A stretch of 64,000 nucleotides of DNA from Octopus sinensis (Eukaryota). The DNA lies in assembly GCF_006345805.1 (NCBI RefSeq), contig NC_042997.1, forward strand, positions 172,298,001-172,362,000. The letters are read 5' to 3'. A model generated the notes under the pieces. The model was not told where the DNA came from. It searched no databases and was given only the letters and a program-made list of their open reading frames with translations. Both the position numbers and the translations under genes were made by a program. Of this stretch, positions 38,380 to 52,693 are shown piece by piece (positions within the stretch are counted from its first letter, which is position 1; every line of letters starts with the position of its first letter).

Positions 38380-39279
38380 GCTATATGCAGCCTAGTTGCT
38401 TTTGACAAGATAGTAATCAGTTCCATATATTTTGTATATACCAGGGATCCTCAACCAATCAGCCACAGACTAGCACTGAGCCATGGACATGTACTGGGTA
38501 GTGGATCATTTGATAGCAAAATTCGATGATTGGCATCCGTGCTAGTAGAGCGCTGAGAGCACCATCCGAGCATGATCATTGCCAGAATCGCTAACTGGCT
38601 TCCATGCCAATGGCATGTAAAAAGCACCATTCGAGCGTGATCTTTACCAGTGTCACCTTGCTGGCACATGGAAAAACATTCGAGCGAGGTCATTTTCAGT
38701 TCCGCTGGACTGGCTCCTGTTTCAGGTGGCATGTAAAAAACACCATTTGAGCGTGGTCATTGCCAGTACCGCCTGACTGGCCCTTGTGTCGGTGGTATGT
38801 AAAAGCACCCACTACACTCTCGAAGTGGTTGGCATTATGAAGGGCATCCAGCTGTAGAAGATCAGATTGGAGCCTGGTGCAGCCATCTGGTTCGCCAGTC
38901 CTCAGTCAAATTGTCCAACCCATGCTAGCATGGAAAGTAGATGTTAAACGATGATGATGATGATGATTTTATTGACTATCACAGTCTGCATAATGCTTTT
39001 GCATTATATGTACATAACCAACAAAGGATCAAAGGTCCTTTCTGAGCCATAGGGTCATAAAGCCACTTTCTTTGATTCTGTTGCATATATATTTCTCTGT
39101 CCTTTGCAGGATTACACATTCTTTGCCAGATGAATGAACTGGAGCAATGTGAAATGAAGTGTTTTGCTCAAGAACACAATACATTGCCCAGTCCAGGAAC
39201 TGAAACCACAATCATACGAGCATAAGGGCACCACCCTAACCACTAGCCCTTGCACGTCCACATTTATGTATTATATATA

Positions 39280-39820
39280 TAACGATCAAAACGCCCCCTC
39301 CCTGTCCAATGGACGGTGCTAAGTTGTCAAACATTTAAGCCAAATTTTCTCCAAGCAACTTGTCCGACTGTCCCATAGGCCTCCTCTTTGAGAAACACTG
39401 ATTTAACCTAAATTTGAGACACCAGCAAAAGAAGAAATAAAGATAGACATTTTTTCTATTCCAAAGAAAAATGATTTTATTCACACAAAGTACCAGTAAT
39501 GATAAGGCTGTTGACTGGGAGAACACAAATATGGTTTAAACAGTAAGCTTGGCAGGAAAGAAACGTGCCTTTAAACAGTACAAAAACAGCAAAAATTGGA
39601 AGGTGCAGTTATGTACAGGTTGACGGAAGAAAGGCAGAACAAAAACAGCTTTATTCATCACATTCTCACCTGGAATCGATTTTTGTAATTTTTTCAAGAC
39701 TTATACATGCCCTGATACCGTCGGTATCTACATATCACATTTGAGAGCAATCGGATGGAGGATGCCCAAGATCCTAGAAAACACACACACAGACAGACAG
39801 AACAGATTTTATATAATAGA
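39280..39820 (-). mobile_element. Probable non-autonomous Helitron/Helentron-like element, 5' part
   Basis: Minus strand begins A|TCTATTATATAAAA followed by a (GTCT)/(GT) microsatellite, a layout typical of non-autonomous Helitrons; 3' CTRR end not identified. Confidence 0.45.
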
Positions 39821-40984
39821 TAATTGAATTATATATTATGCTCTTTATTGTGTTTTGTTATGCATGTGATCTGGTTTGCTGTAAAGTTGTCTTGTACGAA
39901 ACCAATCCATGATGCAAAAAAGGCTGGGGACTGTAAGTATTTAAGATAGATATGTAGATGTGTCAGTCTTCTGAAGGATGACAACATGAATACCCTTCGT
40001 TTAGAAATAAAGATTTCCAGTTCAAATCCAGTACAGTAGCGTATACATTAAGGAATAAAACACCTGATGATAATCAGAGATCATTATAATCGAAACATAA
40101 TATGGATATGAAATATTGGAAAATTAATGTTTCATCTCTAACGATGAGGTTAATTGACTGAAAAATTATGGTCTCATTATGTCATTTGTTGATGTTAGCT
40201 TTGTTGTCTGTATTTTTATTTTTCTTGCTTTATTATATTCATTGTTGGATGAATTTTGTATAATTTGAATATTTATATAATGCTAAAGAAATTGATTTTA
40301 CAGCTGGATGCTTTTGTGACTGTTTATTCCTTTACAGAGAAAATAAGAGGCAAATCTGTTATCAGTTAGACAAATTAAGATTAATGGAGGATGCCCCCAC
40401 AAAACATCACAGCTTCCTTCTTCTCATGATACATAAATTATCATATTTTATGAATTTAATTTAGTAGTTCAAATCAACACATAGCATCACCAGTTTCCTC
40501 AGGCTCAACTTTGCATTGTTTTTTTTTATTTCTTTTAATTGTTCCAGCCTTTGGACTACTGCAGCCATGCTGAAGCACTACCTTGAAGGGTCAAACAAAT
40601 CGACTCCAGTACTCATATTTTTAAGGCTGGTACTTATTCTATAGGCCTCTTTTGCATAATCACTATGCTATAGGTATGTAAACAAACTAACACCGGTTGT
40701 CAAGGGGTGAAGGAGGACAAAGACAAACACAGAGACATCATCATCATCATTGAATGTCCATTTTCCATGCTGGCATGGGTTGGACAGTTTGACTGAAAAC
40801 TCGTAAGCTGGGGAGCTGCACCATATTTCATTCTGATTTGGCATGGTTTCTACTGCAGGATGACCTTTCTAATGCCAACCATTCCAAGAGTGTAGTGGGT
40901 GCTTTTTACATACCACAGGCACGAGTGCCAATTATGTAAAACTGGCATCTTGCTTCACTTGACAGGTCTTCTCAAGCACAGTAT

Positions 40985-41360
40985 ATTCTTTTCTACTCTA
41001 GGCAGAACACCCGAAATTTTTGGGGAGGGGGGCCTATCGATTAGATCGACCCCAGTATGCAACTGGTACTTAATTTATCGACCCCCAAAAGGATGAAAGA
41101 CAAAGTCGACCTCAGCAGAATTTGAACTCAGAACATAAAGACAGACGAAATACCTATTTCTTTACTACCCACAAGGGGCTAAACACAGAGAGGACAAACA
41201 AGGACAGACAAAGGGATTAAGTCGATTACATTAACCCCTGTGCGTAACAGGTACTTATTTAATCGACCCCAAAAGGATGAAAAGCAAAGTCGACCCTGAC
41301 AGAATTTGAACTTGGAGCCCAAAGACAGACAAAATACTGTTAAGCATTTCGCCCGGCGTA
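40985..41360 (-). mobile_element. Two tandem Nin/Deu-domain SINE pieces
   Basis: CTGGTACTTAATTTATCGACCCC..AAAGGATGAAAG occurs twice; other minus copies at ~25885-26090 and 43860-43995. Confidence 0.8.
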
Positions 41361-44300
41361 TCAAGCACAGTATATTGCCTAAGACCTTGGTCACTTGCCA
41401 CTGCCTCCATGAAGCCCAAAGTTTGAAGGGTGCTTTTTACATTTCACCAGCACGAGTGCCATATAGGCAACACTGGCACCAGCCATTACTCATGACATCA
41501 GCCATATACACACACACACACATGTATGTATATTTATATGCAACAGGACTTTTTCAGTTTTTGTCAACCAAATCCACTCATAAGACACTGGTTAGCATAA
41601 GGCTATGGTAGAAGACACTAGCTCAAAGTGCTACACAGTGGGACTGAACCCAGAACCATGTGGTTGGGAAGCAAACTTCTTACCACACTGTCATGCTTTT
41701 TGGCTATGAACACAAAAACAATACTTATAGAAACATTTGAAGTGATGGCCAGTAACCATATCTGCAAAATGTATATTTTCCTTAGCAATAACAAAGGAAT
41801 TAATATAACAATAAGTAACTGCAAATTATTTTATAACATTGCTTTTTAAACATTTTAAACTGGAGGAAGACGATTCACACTCTGTGACTGTGTAGATTTT
41901 TATTTCATTCTCTTTATAGAATCAATGTATTTCCTTGTTATGAAGCGAATGTTTATGCGGCTATAGCTATGGTTATGTGCATGGGGTTGGGGTGTAGGGT
42001 ACAGTGTAGTAGTATAAGGCAGATTACATCAATAGTCACGGTTTATCAGTGTCTACTTAGAATACTTAGGACAGACAGAAGGAGAAGAAACTTGATATAT
42101 GCCTGTAAGGTAATATAGCAGGAAAGTGAACTTCAAAAGCAACTACCTCTTGGAACTCTGTAAATTTGGAACAAAGGCTATTTATACAACTTATTTAAGA
42201 GGTAATTCAACAATCTGAAGAGACAGCAAACGCTTTTACAAACCGAAATCATTTTCTAAAAGAGGTTGTCAGTCAAAGACACACAAGTAATTCAAGAATA
42301 GGTTTGATGAATACTTTTAGAACAAGAAATTGAAAGCATTTTTTTTCTAATATAGAAGAAAAGGTGCATTTCAGAAAAGTTGGCTTCTGCAGATTTTTGC
42401 CTGTCAGTTATGAAGATTCTTAAGTAAAATAAAGAAAATGGAATCTTATTTTCTAGTAATTCATGAAATATCTATTAGAATCTCACAGCTGATATTTTGG
42501 ATGACATTTAGAAATGTGATGAGAATGTGATGATAAACAATGAAGGAAATTATATATAGTGTTTCTCTGTAGTGCCATGCTGACAAGTTGATAACTTGTT
42601 GATGAAGCAAATGATTGTAAGTTATTAGACTCCGTTTAAAACTAAATGTAGTTCCTAATGCAAGAGGATATTGTTGTCAGTGATATTTGTTCATTACTTA
42701 AATGATTACAAATGAATGACTAAGCAAAAAATAATTGAAAGCCATACAGTCATACAGACAAGAATAGCTTGTTATTTCTTACATTGGCACAGACACACAT
42801 ATTGCAGAAGATGAAATTTGATTGAATGAATCAATCCCAGTGATAGTCTAATATGTGGAGACATGTGGTTTATTGATTAGGGTGATGCATTCATGATCAT
42901 AAGATTGTGGGTGTTGATTCCCAGACTGAGCAATGCATTGTGTTCTTGAGCAAAACACTGCATTTCATGTTGGTCCAGTCCACTCATCATCATCATCATC
43001 GTTTAACGTCTGCTTTCCATGCTAGCATGGGTTGGACAATTTGACTGAGGACTGGCGAACCAGATGGCTGCACAAGGCTCCCATCTTGATCTGGCAGAGT
43101 TTCTACAGCTGGATGCCCTTCCTAATGCCAACCACTCTGAGAGTGTAGTGGGTACTATTACATGCCACCGGCATGAGGGCCATCTGGCAAAAATGAATAA
43201 TCCTGCAACGGACTGGTGTCACATCCAGGAGATGGATATATATGTCACAGAATCAAGAAAACCAGCCTTATGAGCCTATGGCTTAGGAAGAAACTTTGAT
43301 CCCTTTTTATTGAATAGCCTGTATGTATTTTTATTGAACCCAATGAGAAGAAAAGCTAAAATGGACCCTTAGACAAAGCCAAATATTATTAGGCTAAAAT
43401 CCTGAATCTGAAGAAACTGGTAAGTTCCTGTATTGCCAACAATAATAATTACAGCAAATTGAAGGAGCTTCTAACATATCAGTAGGTTCTCAGTTACCAT
43501 GAAGAATGGGAAAAGGTGACATTTTGGGATATAACCTTTGATGGATGGTTATAGCTTAAAACAAACTCTTTTCTATGTCTCATTGTAACCATACTTATAG
43601 ATATTCAAAAAACTCATCTGGATTTACTAATTGTTATTAGATATTTAACTTAGTCCAGCTTTCAACTTTTTTTTTTACCTATAACTTGGAATACCTTTGG
43701 CCAAAAATACAGACACATTTTCAATAAAATTCATTTCTGATGAGGAAAATGGGGAGAAATATCAAATATTTCAGCCATAAAATATAATAATTGATTGATT
43801 CTAACACAATATTTTTCTTTCCCAACATCTGGTGCAAGATCTGCATTTGCATTTATGCATTCTTATTTCTTTATTGCCCACAAGGGGCTAAACATAGAGG
43901 GGACAAACAAAGACAGACAAAGGGATTAAGTCAATTACATCGACCCCAGTGCGTAACTGGTACTTAATTTACCTAAGGTTTGAACTCAGAACAAAGATGT
44001 ATGAAACCGCAGGAGTGGCTGTGTGGTAAGTAGCTTGCTTACCAACCACATGGTTTCGGGTTCAGTCCCACTGCATGGCACCTTGGGCAAATGTCTTGTG
44101 AGTGGATTTGGAAGACAGAAACTGAAAGAATCCCGTCATATATATGTATATATATATGTGTGTGTGTGTTTGTGTGTCTGTGTTAACAACCGATGCTGAT
44201 GTGTTTATGTCCCCATAACTTAGCTGTTCGGCAAAAGAGACCAATAGAATAAGTACTAGGCTAACAAAGAATAAGTCCTGGGGGCGATTTGCTCAACTAA

Positions 44301-45003
44301 AGGTGGTGCTCCAGCATGGTCGCAGTCAAATGACTAAAACAAGTAAAAGAATAAAAGAGTAAAAGAGAAACCAAATACTGAAAGATATTTGGCATTCTAC
44401 CATTCATTCTCTTGAGATAATAGTTATGTTGTTGTCATTTAAATTCATGCTGGCCATTATCGAACAGATATATATTCAAAAAGATATTGTATCCATGACT
44501 TTGATCTTTGCTATCTCTGTTAAATAGGTGGTATTAACGTGTCTGATACACAGCAGGTCAACACTTGCAGGAAAAATGTGCTCAGAGAAGGAACCATGGA
44601 TCTGATCTAAATTCTTGCAGCAGAATGGACTTAAATAATGGTACTGAAGGTTGAGTTAATGGCATTAAACAGAACAGTATGTTAGACATAACACTCACTG
44701 ATGAAAAATATTTTTTATTTTGTCAAAGATTACTTAAATTTTGTAATCATTTCTTAGATGAATAATTTGTTGTGATATGTTTTGTTGCTTCACCAACATT
44801 GATAAAAATGTCTGTTTTTAAATGTAGAATACTCAGAGTTTGTTTTCTCTCAGAGCTGCTATAGTGTACCATGCCCAGGATGCTTGACACTCAATACTTA
44901 AAGCTACTTCGATATAAATAGGTACTGCATGGTAGTACCTACTTAAAATAATTTGCCTCTTTTGTGTTATCAAGTGAGCTTCTTTAAGATTGCTGTACCT
45001 GGT

Positions 45004-45390
45004 TGCTGTTGCTATTGCTGTTGAGCGAACGGTCTTTGTCCCAGAGCTTGCAAGATGAGAGAGGTCCAAAACACGGTCCTTTGCTATTTGTAAGACTTGC
45101 AGAAGAGAGAGCAGGTCAACCCCCAACACCGAGAGCATCAACGGATGGATGAATGTGCATTCAGGCTCAGCGGTTGCGTAGGAAGTAGGGGACAAGAAAC
45201 AGGAAGAAAGAGTGAGAGAAAGTTGGAGCGAAGGAGTACAACAGGGTTCACCACCATCCCCTGCCAGAGCCTCATGGAGCTTTAGGTGTTTTCACTCAAT
45301 AAACACACACAACGCCCGGTCTGGGAATCGAAACCCCGATCCTCCGACCACAAGTCCGCTGCCCTAACTATTGGGTCATTGCGCCTCCAC
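45004..45390 (-). mobile_element. tRNA-derived SINE, family A
   Basis: 13-bp TSD TGCTGTACCTGGT (44991-45003 and 45391-45403); tRNA-like head GTGGAGGCGCAATG...GTTTCGATTCCC. Confidence 0.92.
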
Positions 45391-48300
45391 TGCTGTACCT
45401 GGTGGAAATAATAGCCAAATATTCCTCATATTATACCCTATTTTTTTCTTTAATTATATTTGTGATGAACTCTAAACCAATATCAATCTCCTTGCATCTA
45501 TCTTTACAGTCTTTAAATCTAGAAATGTCTTTCTATTTGTCATATAGTTATTATACACATAGAAACAACCAACCACAGACACAAGAAAATACGAAGAAAT
45601 TAGCTTTATTAGTCTGAAGTAATAAATTTGTCGATTTCTCGCTCCAATAACCTGACTATACTTCATTCATTTCTTTGGCTTCACCTCCATCACCATGAAG
45701 TTCACTAATGAAAGACTTAGACAACTTATTTTTATCCCCAAACACAATTTGCTAACAACCCATGCAAAGAAAATATTTATAAGTCATCTTATAGAGACAT
45801 ACATATATCATTTTCATCATACACACAAATTATCATCATCAGAAACAGCAACATAATAATTATTGTCATCACAATCAATGTCATCTTCTTTTTCATTATC
45901 ATCATTTGTTATTGGGTTATGACACCATTTATTTTCTTTCCTATTAGAATAGTTAGGATGGGTCAATGGTGTAGCATTTCCTTTGTGTCTTAAATCTTTA
46001 TCTTCTCATCAGTGAGTTTTAACCTCTAAAAGTCCTTTATAATAATTTATCTCAATTTTATTTCATATTTTTAGCTATCCACATTATTGACTACACCTAA
46101 ACACTTCATTCACCTTCAATTCTCAACAATACTTCTTAACTTTCTAAGATTTGATCAAAGTATCTCCCCCCAGGTCTGAATTTACCCATTCCTCAATGCC
46201 ATCTATTATTTCTAACCTTCCACATTTGAACCTCATTATCCAATACTACAATGACCAATAACCTAACTATCTCCAGTCTCCTCATGCCTGAACTACCTCA
46301 ACACCTGAACTACCTTGGCTTTCTTCTTTACCTCTTTGCCCTTCCTAAAGCCCATTTTAGCACCATACTTGCAGCATGGGTTGGATGATTTGACTGAGGT
46401 CTGGCAAACCAGATGGCTGCACCAAGCTCCAATCCTGATTTGGCAGAGTTTCTACAGCTGGATGCCCTTCCTAACACCAACCACTCCGAGAGTGTAGTGG
46501 GTGCTTTTATGTGCCACTGGCACGAGGGCCCGTCAGGCAGTACTGGCAGCAGCCATGGAAAGATCGTGTTTTTTTTTACGTGTCACCTGCACAAGTGCCA
46601 GTAAGGCGACGCTGGTAACGATCACGCTCGAATGGTGCTTTTTACGTGCCACTGGCACGAACGCCAGTTAGCTGTTCTGGCAATGATCACGCTCGGATGG
46701 TGCTCTTAGTGCTCCACTAGCATGGATGCCAGTCAGCGAATTTCATTTCGATTCCAATTTCACTTGCCTCAACAGGTCTTCGTAAGCAGTGTCCAATGAA
46801 GGGAAGGTACATGGTTGTTATATTTTTTTGATAACATAATAGGTTAGATAGGATGATGTCTTTATTACAATAGCCAATAATATGTTGTGCATGTAGAGTA
46901 ATATTACAATCATGAAATTAGCATTAGCTTATCTCATTCTTTCTTGTGGAACCCTTTGGAACCTTTTGTTGAACCTTAGGGTTCCAGAGAACCCCAGTTG
47001 AGAAATGCTGCTCTAGACTATCAGCTCATGACAGTTGGTGAACCAGCATACATCATCTGTCCACACCATATTTCCAAAACTGGAAAAAGATGAGCCCACA
47101 TTGAATCAAGCCTATGTCCCAGTTTTTATTCACAGTTGCAGCAAGTTCATCTTCCCTTCATTGTTTAAAGCTTTTGAAAAATAAATAATGGCATGAATGT
47201 CACACAATAAATCTCATCCTTAATAATTGTAGGATCTCATACTAAAACAAGAAACCATTATATTTTCAAAAGCAGAATAGTCATTTCCTTTTGATAAAAT
47301 AAGAAACAAAAATGCAATTGGATAAGTTCTCGGGTCTTCTTTCAAATCCACAACAAGCATTTTTATCGTGTATTTGTACACAAATTGTATATGCTTGTAT
47401 TTAAGACACATCACCAGATTAGTCACACTCCCATTTAACCCATTCCACATATTTGGTAAGATTATCAAACTATTTTTTCATGTTATTCAAAAGTTGCATG
47501 AAAAGAAGTGAAGAAATTCATCATAAAGTATTAATTTTCATTTTCTGTTCCAATATTGGTTATATAGTGGAATATTGAGAGTTACGAAGTTTAGGGTCTC
47601 AAAAAGGGCTCTGTGTGTGTGTGTGCACACGTGGTGCATGTGTGTGTTGTGTGTATGTGTGTATGTGTGTGCATGTGTCCATGTGCATGTGTCCATGTGC
47701 ATGTGCATATGTGTGTGTGTGAGAGAGAGAGAGTGAGCAGGAGAGAGAGTATACACTAAAGAAAATTTTAGAGAGTGGCTCTAAATGAGGCAGTTTTTCT
47801 TTTGTTAAAAATAGCAGCACAGTGTTGTCATTTTTTAAAGATTTGTCTGTGGAATACTACAAATAGAAAATATTCATCTCAATCAGATAAAAATAAAAAA
47901 TGATCTGTCATTTGAATTCAATAAATACGAAATGTTTCTCCATTAGATAGATAGAGAAATAGTGAGTAAGGTGAGAGATCCTCATTGCTGTCAGTGACAC
48001 AGTCTAGCATCAACTTAGAAGACTTTGTGATTTTTATCATCATGAAAGTTCAAGAAGGTTCTTCTGGGATTTCTAAGCAAAAACTTGCTGAACCAAGCCC
48101 ATGTATTCCCATGTTTATTTGTCCTTTATCCAGTTCTTTTAATTATTCCAAGTTTCATCTCAATTTTCATTACTAGATTCACAGCACATGCAGCAACTAA
48201 TTTTTGCCCATCCAAAGATGTCCTTCCCACTCACTCTCTTTTACTCTCTTTAACTTGTTTCACTCAAATGAGTGGCCATACTGGAGCACCGCCTTTAGTC

Positions 48301-49121
48301 GAGCAAATCGACCCCAGGACTTATTCTTTGTAAGCCTAGTACTTATTCTATTAGTCTCTTTTGCCAAACCAATGTTACGGGGACGTAAACACACCAGCAT
48401 TGGTTATCAAGCAATGTTGGGGGGACAAACACAGACACATGAACATATACATACACATACATATATATATGCATACATACAAATATACGATGGGCTTCTT
48501 TCAGTTTCCATCTACCAAATCCACTCACAAGGCTTTGGTCAGCCCGAGGCTATAGTAGAAGACACTTGACTGAGGTGATATGCAGTGGGAATGATTCCGG
48601 AACCATGTGGTTGGTAAGCAAGCTACTTATCACACAGCCACTCCTGAGCCTAAAACGTGTTTGTCACTGTAATAATTCTGTATTTTTCTCCCCCTTATTC
48701 TTTCATTCCCTCTTTGTCCTTCGCTCTTGTTCTTACTCTCATTTAATACTTCTCTCTTCTTCTTTTCCCCGCCGCTTATTATTTTCTCTTTTCATACTTT
48801 ACATGCTCTCTCTCCTGAGTCCTTACCTGCTCTCTTTCACATTTACTTTTTCTTCTCTTTCATAATCTCTCCCAAATTTCGCCTGCTCACTACTGCCTCT
48901 ACTTTGGGTTAATCCCAATATTCTTCACTCTTATTCTGTCTTTTTAACTGAAAATTTCATTGAAACCAGAAGCTTTTAATTCCTGCATTTTCCTTTTACT
49001 GTAATGAAACCTTAGTGTCTCTTCTTCCTTTCTTTCATATAACTACTCAGCAAATGTTGTTTTATTCATGCCTTGCTGAAATACTTCCACATGTGTATAT
49101 GTATATATATATATATATATA

Positions 49122-49395
49122 TTTAATATTTCTATTATTGAAAACAAGTGGATGTATTCCACCAAAACTAGGTAAATAAAGCCTTTGAACTGAGACGATC
49201 AGTAGCGACACCTGCAAGTCTGACTACGCTGCATTGATAAGGGGCAACAACCCTGAAACGTCTGTAGCTGTCTGACTGGCAGGATGAAGCGGCTGACCTC
49301 CCTTGTTCGAAGGTTATAATGGACGCTGTTTGTGTGTCAAATAGCTAGATTAAGGCGATGGCCTCATAGAACTAATCAGCGACAGCTTTAGTCTT
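49122..49395 (+). mobile_element. ~270-bp (TA)n-flanked retrozyme-like element with extended type I hammerhead (49211-49283)
   Basis: GCTGCA-TTGATAA-GGGG-CAACAA-CCCT-GAAACGTC-TGTAGC; stem I extends to CCTGC/GCAGG; core deviates from CTGATGA at two positions. Confidence 0.7.
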
Positions 49396-49408
49396 ATATA
49401 TATATATA

Positions 49409-49623
49409 GTTAATCCAAACATAAAAACACAAAGAGAAAACACAACAACACGAGGACGTGGAACAAGTATAGTATTACTGGACATTCTGGAAAGGAAAGA
49501 AAGAAGGAGGATTTAATGTTTCGAGCAGAGCTCTTCGTCAGAAACATAGAAAAAGCAAAGATCCAAGGAAGGGAAGACAGAGGAAAAAAATCGCCAAAGA
49601 TACACACGCGGTTACATATTGAA
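49409..49623 (-). mobile_element. (TA)n-flanked mini-element with minimal hammerhead (49511-49545)
   Basis: Minus strand GTTT-CTGACGA-A-GAGC-TCT-GCTC-GAAACATT-AAAT. Confidence 0.75.
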
Positions 49624-49635
49624 ATATATATATAT

Positions 49636-49929
<294 letters not shown>

Positions 49930-49944
49930 TATATATATATATAT

Positions 49945-50135
49945 AAGGAGAATTCACCAAAAAACAAAAGATGAAGACAGGTGGTGTAGGCAACAAACAG
50001 ATGTATTAGTTTAATGCTCGGGAAGTGAAAATGTCTTTAACATTTCGAGCCCATGCTCTTCCACAGAAAGGAACACAGAAAAAAGCAGGGAGAGAAAATA
50101 AAGAATGTGTAGTGGTTAGTGATCTATCATGGCGA
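49945..50135 (-). mobile_element. (TA)n-flanked mini-element with variant hammerhead
   Basis: Minus strand CTTT-CTGTGGA-A-GAGC-ATGG-GCTC-GAAATGTT-AAAG; homologous to 51864-52078. Confidence 0.7.
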
Positions 50136-51169
50136 ATATATACATGTGTTTGTGTATGTGAGTGTGTGTGTGTGTGTGTGCATGTGTGCGTGCGTATGTG
50201 TGTATGTGTATATGTATATATGTGTGTATATGTATGTGTGTGTGTATATATATATATGTGTGTGTGCTTGTGTGTGTTTATATATACATATATTTCTTAT
50301 ACCACTGTATCAATTGTTCCCATTCATAGTTTTCTGTCTCACTTGTATGCTATTGTTTTTCATGTTTAGTCTTTCATTGTTCATAATTTCAGTGATATTC
50401 CCCAATATCACTTGTACAACCAGAGAAGTGGTACCATGACATTTAAAGTCTTTGAACTTTTAATGTGTCAAAACTATATTGAATAGGGTCTCCATGGCTA
50501 AGGAGAGGATTTCCATATTTATTTGCCCTTTGTCCTTTACTGTTCCTTGTTTCCATGATTCATTTTGATTTTTCACACACACACACAAATATACATATAT
50601 GTATGTGTGTGTGTGTGTATAGGTTAGTTGAGTTAGAGATTAAAATAACTGTCTAACATATTATGCTCATAAATGTATAAGTAAAGACAAGGATAATACA
50701 TGGGTTTATCACGAATCAAAATTTAAAGAAAACAGAAAATGGAGAAGTACTGATGGACAACAATTGACTTACATCAATTATTATTTATTAATTCATTGCA
50801 AATAGACAGCATCCCAGCTAACAGCTGTACTTCTCCATTTTCTGTTTTCTCTCTCTCTCTCTCACTCCCTCTCTCTCACTCCCTCTCTCTCCTATATATA
50901 TATATATATATATACATGCATACACATGCATACCCATTATGTATATATGCATCCTATACACTAAGTGGTAAGTCTTGTCACTGTCATCTCCACCCACTAC
51001 TCTACTTGCTTTTTGATGTATCCTAGTGAGTTGCTGACCCTTGACCCTATGTAAATTTCTATTGCATAATATAATTTATGGATACACACATGCATATACA
51101 CAGACAATGTGTTGGAGCAGCTGTAATCTATTGAAATGAATATATTGAATATTCTTTTCTACTCTGTTT

Positions 51170-51455
51170 GCTGGTCATTGCCCCATCTGATGACCATTTA
51201 TTCCACGGTTTTCAAAATCATTTAGATGGAAGAATATGAATTCTGTAGACGATATCAGAACAGCCCTGGAGGAGTATTTTTCATCATGAACAAATGAATA
51301 TTTGAAGAGGGGCTTTGCAAGTCTACCAGATAGAGGGAAGGGCATTGTAGAAAATGAAAGAGAGTATATTCTAGATTACAAAGGAAATTTATTTATCTTA
51401 ATTTTGAAAAAATAAAACAAGTATAACAATACACATTACTTATGGGATGACCTAA
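51170..51455 (+). mobile_element. Decayed mariner 3' end
   Basis: IAPSDDHLFHGFQNHLDG...LPDRGKGIVENEREYI; terminus CATTACTTATGGGATGACCTAA + TA. Confidence 0.8.
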
Positions 51456-51464
51456 TATATACAC

Positions 51465-51511
<47 letters not shown>

Positions 51512-51863
51512 TATATTATATATATATATATATATATATGAGTGGATTTGGCAGATGGAAACTGAAAAGAGCCCGTCGTATGTGTATGTTTGTGTGTGTG
51601 TGTGTGTGTGTGTGCTTGTGTATGTATGTGTGTTTTTGTTGTCCCCATCACTTGACGACTGATGTTGGTGTGTTTACATCCCTGTAACTTAGCAGTTCGA
51701 CAAAAGACCGATAGCATAAGTACTAGGCTTCCAAAGAATAAGTCCTGAGGTTGATTTGTTCAACTAAAGGTGGTGCTTCAGCATGGCCACAATCAAATGA
51801 CTGAAACAAATAAGAGAATAAAAGAATATGTATATATATATATGTGTGTGTGTGTATATATAT

Positions 51864-52078
51864 AGATCGCCATGTTGATTCGTTAGCTACTGCACGCATT
51901 TTTTTTCTCTCCTTCTTTCTGTGTTTTTCTCTCTCTGTGTATCTTTCTGTTGAAGAGCGTAGGCTCGAAACGTTAAAGACTTGTTTTATTTATATTTCCT
52001 GAGCGCCATACTAATACAATTGTTCGTTTGTTTTCCACCTGCCTTCGTCTTTTGTTTATTTTCATAAAGCTTCCCGTT
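51864..52078 (+). mobile_element. (TA)n-flanked mini-element with variant minimal hammerhead (51942-51979)
   Basis: TCTTT-CTGTTGA-A-GAGC-GTAG-GCTC-GAA-ACGT-T-AAAGA. Confidence 0.75.
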
Positions 52079-52083
52079 ATATA

Positions 52084-52122
<39 letters not shown>

Positions 52123-52693
52123 CACACGCAATATTTCATTCAAAATATTCAATACAAAACATATTTTTCCCCAGAATATCTAATAAAACTACATGCAAAC
52201 ATATCTTTTGGTAGCTCTTAGTAAATTAAATCCATGTTAATAAACCCTCTTCATTCTCTATCTTTAATAATTCTATTTTATTTAATCACATACAACAGCA
52301 CACACCTTAAAAAAATTCATTACATATCACAAAATAAATAACACCCTTTAGTTACCCTGGCAGGTATGTATACAGTATTCCCTTTATATTTTAATTATAT
52401 CAAAAACATTTTCTGAAGTAAAACACGCATTTGGAAACTTGCCAAGGAAAGCATATTACATGTCGACAATATACAGATAATACATTGCGATAGCCTGCTC
52501 TGCTGCCATTATGTGCAGTAATAAGGTATTGTAAGATTAAAAATGGATAACAATATTTAGCTGGCTTCTTGCATTGTCAATAAAGGATTCAATAAGTTTG
52601 TTTACTAATAATAAATTATGAGGCTCAGAAATTATTAAATTTTCATTAGTGACTAGTAACTGAATAATTAAAGTGTGTTATTACAGTATGACG

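Noticed and set aside
40062-40110. CTGATGA...CGAAAC hammerhead-like spacing
   Set aside because: Stems I and III and the cleavage triplet cannot be formed convincingly.
47220-47468. 82-aa minus-strand ORF with faint helicase-like wording
   Set aside because: Similarity is too weak and no helicase motifs are present nearby.
52429-52445. NFI-like site TTGGAAACTTGCCAA
   Set aside because: A single short motif is expected by chance in 64 kb; no supporting context.
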